Below are positions 15,337 through 22,783 of a DNA stretch of 32,000 nucleotides, in pieces. The position numbers and the translations under genes were made by a program. The stretch lies in contig NC_013966.1 of the NCBI RefSeq assembly GCF_000025685.1, positions 360,001 to 392,000 on the forward strand. The letters run 5' to 3'. The notes under the pieces are model-generated. The model was not told the DNA's origin. It did no database searches and saw nothing but the letters and a program-made list of their open reading frames with translations. The first letter of the stretch is position 1; each line of letters opens with the position of its first letter. Source of the DNA: Haloferax volcanii DS2. Its GTDB lineage: Archaea; Halobacteriota; Halobacteria; Halobacteriales; Haloferacaceae.

Positions 15337-16735
15337 CAGTACATCACAAAGCTGGTTAGTTGAGACGTCCGCTTGCTGAAGGTGTGTCTAATACCAAGCA
15401 AGCAGACGGTTCAATCCACGAGGACCAGCTCCTTAACTTCCTCGTCAACTCCCTTGACGAGGAAGTTGCACTCACTCTCGGTGAAAACGCTGAAATCGGT
15501 GCTGAAGACATCTACGAGGTCCTCGTCGGCGCCTGCGCCGACGGGACCTCGGTCTCTACACTCTGCAAGAGAAGCGAAGATGCACCTCACGAAAACTCGG
15601 TTCTCTACCATCTCCGCACCAAGTTCGACCTCGAGACGCTCGAACAAATCGGGAACACGCTCCTCCAGAAGGACGTTCTCGACGTCCTGCCTGAGCAGGT
15701 GGAGGTCTGCGCAGACCTCCACCTGCGGCCCTACTATGGTGACGAAGACGACACGGACGGTCTCTATCACTCCCAAGCAAAGCGTGGAACCACCGCGTTC
15801 CACGCGTACGCGACACTGTACGCACGCGTGAAGAACAAACGCTACACGCTGGCGGTGCGCCGTCTCGAAGACGGCGACACCGCCAGCAGTGTCCTCGCAG
15901 AGTTCCTCGGTATTCTCGACGGCCTTGACCTCGGTGTCAAGGCCGTCTATCTTGACCGCGAATTCTACGACAGCAAGTGTTTGACGCTGCTTCAGGCGCA
16001 CAACCACGCGTACGTCATGCCGATCGTCCGCTGGGGACGAACGATCAAGCGAGAACTCTCAGAAGGGTGGAGTCGCGTGATTCAGCACAGTCTGACAGCG
16101 AAACTCGACGGTCACAGCTGGACCGTCGAGTTTCCCGTCTACATCGACTGTACCTACCAGAACGGACGGTACGACGAACATGGCGTGGCGCGTCACGGCT
16201 ACGCCGCTGACGCGCCGTTCATCAACTCACCACGAGACGCTCGATACCACTACGCGAAACGCTTCGGTATCGAGGCGAGCTACCGACTCTCCGAGCAAAC
16301 GATTGCGACGACTACGACACAGAATCCGGTCGTACGGCTGTTGTACGTCGTGGTGAGTTTGCTGTTACAGAACGTGTGGCGGTATCTGCACTGGGAGTAC
16401 GTGGCGACGCCCCGCCGAGGCGGGCGTCGCCTCTGGGAGTGGTCGTACAAGGAATTCACCAACTTGATTCGACGGGCAGCGTGGACGGCCCTCGCGGTGC
16501 GTCGGGCCGTCCCCGCGAACCGGCCACCAGACGACCGGTTTAGCCGGTAACTCTTGACCGGGCTAGCCAGCGGTGTGAGTGGCGACGCTGTCGCGTCAGC
16601 GGCTGACCGCCGCCGACAGCGACAGCTCTCCACCGATTCGTCCATGATTCTCCCGTCGAGACCGTCAATGCAACCGCTCCGACACAGAACTCAGGCTTCA
16701 GAAACAGCTAGCCGAGGATGCTTTGTGAGGTACTG
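15337..16735 (+). mobile_element. ISH3-family insertion sequence, copy 3 (1399 bp), intact with target-site duplication
   Basis: Terminal repeats are CAGTACATCACAAAGC (15337-15352) and GCTTTGTGAGGTACTG (16720-16735). Direct AAAAT lies at 15332-15336 and 16736-16740. Confidence 0.9.
15384..16550 (+). CDS. ISH3-family DDE transposase
   Basis: ORF track 15360..16550; the likely GTG start is at 15384 (MSNTKQADGSIHEDQLLNFLVNSLDEEV...). It is collinear over its full length with the other two copies. Confidence 0.9.
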   Translation: MSNTKQADGSIHEDQLLNFLVNSLDEEVALTLGENAEIGAEDIYEVLVGACADGTSVSTLCKRSEDAPHENSVLYHLRTKFDLETLEQIGNTLLQKDVLDVLPEQVEVCADLHLRPYYGDEDDTDGLYHSQAKRGTTAFHAYATLYARVKNKRYTLAVRRLEDGDTASSVLAEFLGILDGLDLGVKAVYLDREFYDSKCLTLLQAHNHAYVMPIVRWGRTIKRELSEGWSRVIQHSLTAKLDGHSWTVEFPVYIDCTYQNGRYDEHGVARHGYAADAPFINSPRDARYHYAKRFGIEASYRLSEQTIATTTTQNPVVRLLYVVVSLLLQNVWRYLHWEYVATPRRGGRRLWEWSYKEFTNLIRRAAWTALAVRRAVPANRPPDDRFSR

Positions 16736-17659
16736 AAAATCGATACTACGATTGAAAATGGTGTGAAGTACGTCGTCTCACTCGCTCGTAACAAGAAGAC
16801 GGATGAGATTGATGGTGTAATCCTCCCGGTGTCCGTTGACGATCGTAAGGAGCAACCGCTGAAATTAGCATTTAACGACTCAGATTCGGATCTGTATGAG
16901 GTTTCAGATGATGTACTCGCACAAGTTCAGGAATCTGTTTTCGAAGCTAAGTCAGACACAATGGTGACTAAAGAGACAACTGAAAGACAAGACGTGGTCC
17001 AGACTGACATTTGGGGCCCTCTACGTGATATCGTACAGCGATCAGATCCCAGTCGCGGAGACATAGAAACGCAAGAAGAATCACTATTAGAAGATGTTGT
17101 AAAAGAAATCGCTGCCGGGACAAAAGATTCGATCAATCGAATTGGTGCGTACTACATTAAAAGTCCAGAAGGTACTGAGTGCGATGCCTCAGCAAACAGT
17201 AACCCGCACCGTCAATTGGGTGTCTCAATTGATTACGAAAAGAAATTAGGCGAGTTCACCGAGACAGCTGTTACTGGTGTATTGGGTGCTGTGCTTGGAG
17301 CCTTTCTTGCTGGTTTAGCTGGTGCTGCTCTTGGTGGCTTACTTGGCGCTATAGTTGGCTTTGGCATTAAGTATCTCAAAGACACAACTAACGTGACATT
17401 CGTCTATCGTGATATCGATAAATGTGCTCTCAGCGCCTGCTCGCCGTTCATGAAGCCACTCGTGAGTGGTATTTGGATGGACGAAGACACCGACCTACTT
17501 GAGGTTGATATCGGCCAAGCGGATCTTCCTGCAGTCCATCTTGAAAATGGTGCGCAGGTTGATGTGGGCTTTAGAGATGAGTTGAAGATCTCATCTTAAT
17601 CGAGTCACGGAAACATACGAACAGCCAAACCTACTATCACAATATTGGTGACAGACCTG

Positions 17660-17890
17660 ATGAAAGAGTTCTTAATGAAGATTAGAGATGAGGCAGACCA
17701 AGAGCTACAGCATCCCTTGCCAGGAATTATTCTCGTCGGCCTCGCCGCTGGATTAGGTGTGCTCCTCATGGGCAACCTAGTCAAATCAGTTCTGGGTGGT
17801 TCAAGTATTATCGCTGATTTTGCAGCGATTTTTGGAGCAGGTTTCTATGCTGCTGTTGCGTACTATGCTCTCGCAAAGATCGGGCTTTAA
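17660..17890 (+). CDS. small two-TM membrane protein (76 aa)
   Basis: ATG at 17660 within ORF 17645..17890 gives MKEFLMKIRDEADQELQHPLPGIILVGLAAGLGVLLMGNLV...FAAIFGAGFYAAVAYYALAKIGL. It lies 60 nt downstream of the glycine-zipper gene on the same strand. Confidence 0.5.
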   Translation: MKEFLMKIRDEADQELQHPLPGIILVGLAAGLGVLLMGNLVKSVLGGSSIIADFAAIFGAGFYAAVAYYALAKIGL

Positions 17891-17937
17891 CCGTTCAGGT
17901 AAGCCTTTTCTGAGGTGTAATGTTTCCTTGAGAGAAT

Positions 17938-18078
17938 TTTAACCAACAAAACTTGGTCTTTTCAGGTCACAACGGGACACCAACGATAGACTCCTCTACC
18001 AACGAACACGGCCGAGCCAGCCGAAGCACTCACTGTCGCATTCCAGCTGAAAAGACCAAACTAATTCTGTTGGTTAAG
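17938..18078. repeat. MITE-like unit: long imperfect terminal inverted repeats around a ~80-bp core
   Basis: Left arm is TTTAACCAACAAAACTTGGTCTTTTCAG (about 17938-17965). Right arm is CTGAAAAGACCAAACTAATTCTGTTGGTTAAG (18047-18078). Two perfect blocks, TTAACCAACA (10 bp) and TTGGTCTTTTCAG (13 bp), are separated by a 4-versus-8-nt bubble. Confidence 0.5.
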
Positions 18079-18106
18079 ATAGTCGTATCACTCCCGAAGT
18101 GAGGAT

Positions 18107-19504
18107 CAGTACCTCACAAAGCATCCTCGCCTAGCTGTCTCTGAAGCCTGAATTCTGTGGCCGAGCGGTTGCATTGGCGGTCTCGACGACAGAATCATGG
18201 ACGGATCGGCGGAGAGCCGTCGCTGTCGGCGGCGGCTGCCGCCGACGCGACAGCGTCGCCACTCCCACCGTTGGCTAGCCCGGTCGGGAGTTACCGGTGG
18301 AACCGGTCGTCCGGTGGCCGGTTCGCGGGGACGGCCCGACGCGTCGCGAGGGCCGTCCACGCTGCCCGTCGGATCATGTTGATGAACTCCTTGAATGGCC
18401 ACTGCCAGAGGCGACGCCCGCCTCGGCGGGGCGTCGCCACGTACTCCCAGTGCAGATACCGCCACACGTTCTGTAACAGCAAGCTCACCACGACGTACAG
18501 CAGCCGTACAACCGGATTTTGTGTCGAGGTCGTCGCGATACTTTGTTCAGAGAGTCGATAGCTTGCCTCGATACCGAAGCGTTTCGCGTAGTGGTATCGA
18601 GCGTCTCGTGGTGAGTCGATGAACGGCGCGTCAGCGGCGTAGCCGTGACGCGCCACCCCATGTTCGTCGTACCGTCCGTTCTGGTAGGTACAGTCGATGT
18701 AGACGGGGAACTCGACGGTCCAGCTGTGACCGTCGAGTCTCGCCGTCAGACTGTGCTGAATCACGCGACTCCACCCTTCTGAGAGTTCTTGCTTGATTGA
18801 TTGTCCCCAGCGGACGATCGGCATGACGTACGCGTGGTTGTGCGCCTGAAGCAGCGTCAAACACTTGCTGTCGTAGAATTCGCGGTCAAGATAGACGGCC
18901 TTGACACCGAGGTCAAGGCCGTCGAGAATACTGAGGAACTCTGCGAGGACACTGCTGGCGGTGTCGCCGTCTTCGAGACGGCGCACCGCCAGCGTGTAGC
19001 GTTTGTTCTTCACGCGTGCGTACAGCGTCGCGTACGCGTGGAACGCGGTGGTTCCACGCTTCGCTTGTGAGTGATACAGGCCGTCCGTGTCGTCTTCGTC
19101 ACCATAGTAGGGCCGCAGGTGGAGGTCTGCGCAGACCTCCACCTGCTGGGGAAGGACGTCGAGAACGTCTTTCTGGAGGAGCATGTTGCCAACCTGTTCG
19201 AGCGTTTCTAGATCGAATTTAGTGCGGAGATGGTAGAGAACGGAGTTTTCGTGGGGTGCATCTTCGCTTCTCTCACAGAGCGTTGAGACCGAGGTCCCGT
19301 CGGCGCAGGCGCCGACGAGGACCTCGTAGATGTCTTCAGCATCGAGTTCAGCGTTTTCAGCGAGTGAGAGAGCAACTTCCTCGTCAAGAGAGTTGACGAG
19401 GAAGTTAAGGAGCTGGTCCTCGTGGATTTCATCGTCTGCTTGCTGGGTTTTAGACACACCTTCTGCAAGCAGACCTTCTAACTAAACGGCTTTGTGAAGT
19501 ACTG
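18107..19504 (-). mobile_element. ISH3-family insertion sequence, copy 4 (1398 bp), intact with target-site duplication
   Basis: Terminal repeats are CAGTACCTCACAAAGC (18107-18122) and GCTTTGTGAAGTACTG (19489-19504). Direct AGGAT lies at 18102-18106 and 19505-19509. Confidence 0.9.
18291..19457 (-). CDS. ISH3-family DDE transposase
   Basis: ORF track, 388 aa, MSKTQQADDEIHEDQLLNFLVNSLDEEV.... The C-terminal ~160 aa are identical to copy 1. Confidence 0.9.
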   Translation of the reverse strand: MSKTQQADDEIHEDQLLNFLVNSLDEEVALSLAENAELDAEDIYEVLVGACADGTSVSTLCERSEDAPHENSVLYHLRTKFDLETLEQVGNMLLQKDVLDVLPQQVEVCADLHLRPYYGDEDDTDGLYHSQAKRGTTAFHAYATLYARVKNKRYTLAVRRLEDGDTASSVLAEFLSILDGLDLGVKAVYLDREFYDSKCLTLLQAHNHAYVMPIVRWGQSIKQELSEGWSRVIQHSLTARLDGHSWTVEFPVYIDCTYQNGRYDEHGVARHGYAADAPFIDSPRDARYHYAKRFGIEASYRLSEQSIATTSTQNPVVRLLYVVVSLLLQNVWRYLHWEYVATPRRGGRRLWQWPFKEFINMIRRAAWTALATRRAVPANRPPDDRFHR

Positions 19505-19568
19505 AGGATACTTCATTGCTCAAAAACCAGCCGCTAATTTGAGATACTGATGCTTCTTGTTCTGAAGT

Positions 19569-19850
19569 TCAATCGTCGGCAGTATACGCACCGCTTCGGT
19601 GCTCGATTCGATGGACCTCGAGGATTGACTCGTCGTAGTCCAAGACACAAGCCAGACGATACTGTCCGATACGGAGTTTCGAGAATGGCCCACCAGTTAA
19701 CGGCTCAACAAAGTCGTCAGGATCTCGCCACTCTGAGTCGACAATCTCGTCGAGCTTTGAGACGATCCGGTCTTGAACGTGCGTATCGAGCCCTTTGAAT
19801 TGGTTCGCAGCGCGTGGTGAGAACTTCCACGTCCAGTCTTCCTCACTCAC
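19569..19850 (-). CDS. relE: type II toxin, RelE/ParE family
   Basis: 93 aa. W-x-W-K-F-S-P-R-A...LD...RI...L..., GGPFSKLRIGQYRLACVLDYDESILEVHRIEHRSGAY is the typical RelE/ParE pattern. It overlaps the upstream antitoxin gene by 8 nt. Confidence 0.85.
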   Translation of the reverse strand: MSEEDWTWKFSPRAANQFKGLDTHVQDRIVSKLDEIVDSEWRDPDDFVEPLTGGPFSKLRIGQYRLACVLDYDESILEVHRIEHRSGAYTADD

Positions 19851-20139
19851 TATCCGTGTCTCGATCCATCATTTCGAGGACTTCGTCTCGCGAGACTAAA
19901 TCTGATTCACCGGACCGGAGGTCGTGTTCGCTCGCTGCGATTTGCTTCCATCCTTCTCGCGAAAATTCGGGATGTTTGATGGCGTCACGAGCAGCGTAGC
20001 GAAGGAATTCGCTCCGTGAGTTGAACCCCTGTTCTTCCCACGTTGCGTCGATGTCTTCGAGGAAGGCTTTGCTTAGCCGGAGGTTTATCTGCACCATCTC
20101 TGGGCCGTTATTGCTGGACCCTGTATCAGCATCGGACAT
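19843..20139 (-). CDS. ribbon-helix-helix (CopG-like) antitoxin
   Basis: VQINLRLSKAFLEDIDATWEEQGFNSRSEFLRYAARDAI is a beta-strand plus two helices, as in an RHH domain. It sits immediately upstream of, and overlaps, the RelE-like gene. Confidence 0.8.
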   Translation of the reverse strand: MSDADTGSSNNGPEMVQINLRLSKAFLEDIDATWEEQGFNSRSEFLRYAARDAIKHPEFSREGWKQIAASEHDLRSGESDLVSRDEVLEMMDRDTDSE

Positions 20140-20271
20140 ATACGTGTGCTATGCGTCCGTGTAGACATAAGCCTTCTCCGAAGAACTACCTGATTGCCTT
20201 GATCGAATTCTCGGTGTCGTCGAAAGATTGGTCTGTACGTATCCACATCATGATAGCGTAATCGTCTACCC

Positions 20272-20524
20272 ATGGACACGGATCTCAACCAACAGGTAAC
20301 AGAAATCGCCGAAGCGCGGGGCTTCACCCGGGTCGGAGATGCTCGAACAAGCGTTGGAACGCGGTGTCGAAGATCTCTAGGCAGAGCTTATGATCTCACA
20401 ACACGTAAACGACGGAATCGACCGAGAGACAGCCATTGATTTCGTCGGTCGAGACCGCGTCAAGCGTGCGGAGCACGAATTACAGGCCGTTGAAGATGAC
20501 GTCCGCTGGGGACTTAGTGCGTGA
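20272..20524 (+). pseudogene. small RHH-like gene apparently broken by a +1 frameshift and an in-frame TAG; its tail is coupled to the next gene
   Basis: Frame 1 reads MDTDLNQQVTEIAEARGFTR.... After the CCCGGG run (20327-20332) the sensible reading moves to the next frame: SEMLEQALERGVEDL-TAG(20378-20380)-AELMISQHVNDGIDRETAIDFVGRDRVKRAEHELQAVEDDVRWGLSA. That frame ends in a TGA overlapping the GTG at 20521. Confidence 0.35.
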
Positions 20525-21015
20525 TTCTCCGCTACTACGCCGATGCAGAAATCTCGGAGTGGCATGACCATGCGCTCCGACTCCTGAAAACGCTTCACGA
20601 CGAGTACGGCATCACAGTAGAGATCGACCGGATTGACGAACAGCATGGGCTAATCACAGACTTTCCAGGCGAAGTACGATACCCGACGCCTGAAGACGTC
20701 TACGAGCGCGATCTTAAACGTAACCGTGAGCTGAACCAAGTCATTGAGCAGACGCCGTCAGAGGCGTTCAAACGCTACGGAAAACTCGATATCGCCGGGA
20801 ACATTTCGGTCGTTGATGATGGGGGTACCGTTTGGTGGGCCTCGACACTCCCGGGCTACGCTGACGGCTATCGGCTAGATGCTGAATCACGGACTGCAAT
20901 GGACTTCTTGGAAGATATCGCCGCCTCTCCGAGCAACCGTCTCTGTGTCGAGTGCCTCTCTTTGCTGGACGGCGACGAGAGCTTCTGTCCGAACTGTGGC
21001 TACGAAGTTCCGTAA
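20521..21015 (+). CDS. hypothetical protein with C-terminal zinc ribbon
   Basis: ORF track (GTG start in a GTGA overlap). The C-terminus reads CVECLSLLDGDESFCPNCGYEVP (CxxC...CxxC). The N-terminal domain is unassigned. Confidence 0.6.
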   Translation: MILRYYADAEISEWHDHALRLLKTLHDEYGITVEIDRIDEQHGLITDFPGEVRYPTPEDVYERDLKRNRELNQVIEQTPSEAFKRYGKLDIAGNISVVDDGGTVWWASTLPGYADGYRLDAESRTAMDFLEDIAASPSNRLCVECLSLLDGDESFCPNCGYEVP

Positions 21016-21082
21016 CACAGTACACCCAATTAGAGTTCTTAGAGCTGTTTGGCATCCAGTGAGGCGATAGAATCCGAGCCAG

Positions 21083-22783
21083 TTACTGATCGGTCGCTGC
21101 ATCTGTGTCCAAGTCGCGACTAGAAAGGCGGACTCGAAGTTCCTGGCCATGCTCAAGGTCTACAGATGGATCGTCCAGCCGGAGTAGAATCGTCCCATCA
21201 CCTGCGTCAACAACGTGTGCGGTGAGTTCTCGACTAGTGACTGCCGACTCGATTCTCCCAAGGCGCTCGTCAATCGCTGCGAGTGACTGCTCAACAGTCT
21301 GTGTCTCTGCTGTCTCAGTGTCTTCGGGTGACCGGGACTCGGAGCTCGTTTCCGCTGGCATCGGGGGCGTCTCATCAGCTTTCGTCTCGGGAGCACCGTT
21401 TGACAGCCGTGGTCCCGGTCGTGATGGGATTTGTGTGCGGAGTTGTTCGAGGTCTAACCCTTCGGCGGCGAGGTCGACGTCGTTACAACGGGTCGTGATG
21501 GGCAGCGAGTATTCGAATTCAGCCGAGCCGTTGGTGAGTAATGACCCATTGGTCGTGGCTGTTGCCCGTACCTGACGAGTTGTCTGCTCTGTCACCCATG
21601 GTGGTGGTGTCCAGCCAGCGTCGTCCAATAGCGTATAGCAGTCAGTATCGTCGGTGGCCCACACGAAACTGTCATACTTGTCCTTGTACTGGGTTGCAGC
21701 GGAACCTTGTTGATGCGTGATAATCGTCTGGATGGGCGCAAATGCGTCGACAACGGCGTCGATAGTATCTGTTGTTGGGTGGTTGCTGAGCGGGAAGTGG
21801 TGCGTCGTGCAGGTGGCACTCGACAGTGGGTCGCTCGGGCCGCTCGTAAGTTGGACAAGCGTTGCACCGGGGTCATCGCGAATCGAGTCGAAGAGTCGCT
21901 TCGAGCTGCCACCGACTGGGACTTCTGGGCCGGCAATCGTGACACTACCCGCTGTGAGAACGTCGGTCGGAGAACTAAATTCTGGACTCGTAGTAGCGTT
22001 CGGGACAGTGTATTCGAGACTCTCATAGAGTTTTGCTGCGTGTCCAACGAGAGTGATTGGAAGCGGGTCGTCCCATTGGTCTGTGAGGTGCCCGAGGAGA
22101 TAGGCGGTCTGTACCCCAGTCAGACCACTCGCAGTAGTGAGAACAGTTGACCCAGCACGCGTTCGTTCGAGAATCGTCCCAATCGCGTCGGTCAGTGTTG
22201 GTTCAAACTCGTCGTTCGTTGCCGCCGTCAGGACGAGTGTGTCGACTTCGACGGGGAGGTCGAGGTTGAATCCAGGGTAACCAGCTGCCCGTCGCGTCGT
22301 AAAATCTCCAGTGACGAGAATCGTTCGCCGTACGTCGTCGTCGGTGACCTCGAAGAGGAAGCCTGTCGCACCTGGTGTGTGACCTGCCGGAACGGGGTGG
22401 ACGCGAAGTCCCGGCGCAATCTGTGTCCACGAGGTGATCAGTTCGAGGCGATTGAGGACTTCTTCGGTCTGTGTAAAGCCGTGGTGTTCACGCCCCGTTT
22501 CGAGGACGTCTTCGAGAATTCGAGCAGTACCATCCCCAGTGTATATCGGGGGTCCATGACTGAGATTCGTCCCCAGAGACTGGTAGTGGTCAAGATGTGC
22601 GTGCGTCAAACAAATTGCGGTGAGATACTCCCCGGCGTCTTCGTTGAGGAGCGTGGTCGTATCGACATCTGCTCCAGCATCAACGAGCACACAGACGGTC
22701 TGGTCGGCGAGGAGTCCGTCGAACCGGAGGATGAGCGACTCACGACCAGAATGTGGATTCGCATGCTGAAACTGGATGTGCAT
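21083..22783 (-). CDS. metallo-beta-lactamase fold / beta-CASP-like nuclease with a ~170-aa low-complexity and small C-terminal domain extension
   Basis: LVDAGAD...ICLTHAHLDHYQSL (HxHxDH), PVPAGHTPGATGFLF, VTGDF and, later, HFPLSNHPT fit MBL motifs 1-4 plus beta-CASP motifs. The C-terminal tail is E/T/S-rich and ends in SRELTAHVVDAGDGTILLRLDDPSVDLEHGQELRVRL. Confidence 0.8.
   Translation of the reverse strand: MHIQFQHANPHSGRESLILRFDGLLADQTVCVLVDAGADVDTTTLLNEDAGEYLTAICLTHAHLDHYQSLGTNLSHGPPIYTGDGTARILEDVLETGREHHGFTQTEEVLNRLELITSWTQIAPGLRVHPVPAGHTPGATGFLFEVTDDDVRRTILVTGDFTTRRAAGYPGFNLDLPVEVDTLVLTAATNDEFEPTLTDAIGTILERTRAGSTVLTTASGLTGVQTAYLLGHLTDQWDDPLPITLVGHAAKLYESLEYTVPNATTSPEFSSPTDVLTAGSVTIAGPEVPVGGSSKRLFDSIRDDPGATLVQLTSGPSDPLSSATCTTHHFPLSNHPTTDTIDAVVDAFAPIQTIITHQQGSAATQYKDKYDSFVWATDDTDCYTLLDDAGWTPPPWVTEQTTRQVRATATTNGSLLTNGSAEFEYSLPITTRCNDVDLAAEGLDLEQLRTQIPSRPGPRLSNGAPETKADETPPMPAETSSESRSPEDTETAETQTVEQSLAAIDERLGRIESAVTSRELTAHVVDAGDGTILLRLDDPSVDLEHGQELRVRLSSRDLDTDAATDQ

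Larger units (their letters stand above)
15206..17599 (+). pseudogene. Tat-lipoprotein with a C-proximal glycine-zipper segment, split by ISH3 copy 3 (AT-rich cassette 2)
   Basis: The 5' part (15206-15336) encodes MFDRISRRRFVRVSGATIGLASCVGLTSARGSTEKRQNHIEAKI, with an RR motif and lipobox LASC. The 3' part (16741-17599) continues DTTIENGVKYVV.... Removing the IS and one AAAAT copy (15337-16740) joins the two parts in frame: 990 nt, 329 aa. The glycine zipper AVTGVLGAVLGAFLAGLAGAALGGLLGAIVGFGI lies at about 17266-17370. Confidence 0.75.

Noticed and set aside
15337-19504. Copies 3 and 4 plus the enclosed cassette acting as a composite transposon
   Set aside because: Each IS has its own different 5-bp duplication (AAAAT and AGGAT) immediately flanking it. 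They therefore inserted independently and did not move as one unit. The analogous idea for 1520-4622 cannot be tested, because the right-hand element is only a remnant.
20378-20380. In-frame TAG read as a recoded (pyrrolysine-type) codon
   Set aside because: Haloarchaea are not known to use Pyl decoding. The same small ORF also needs a frameshift 50 nt upstream. Decay or sequencing error is the simpler explanation.
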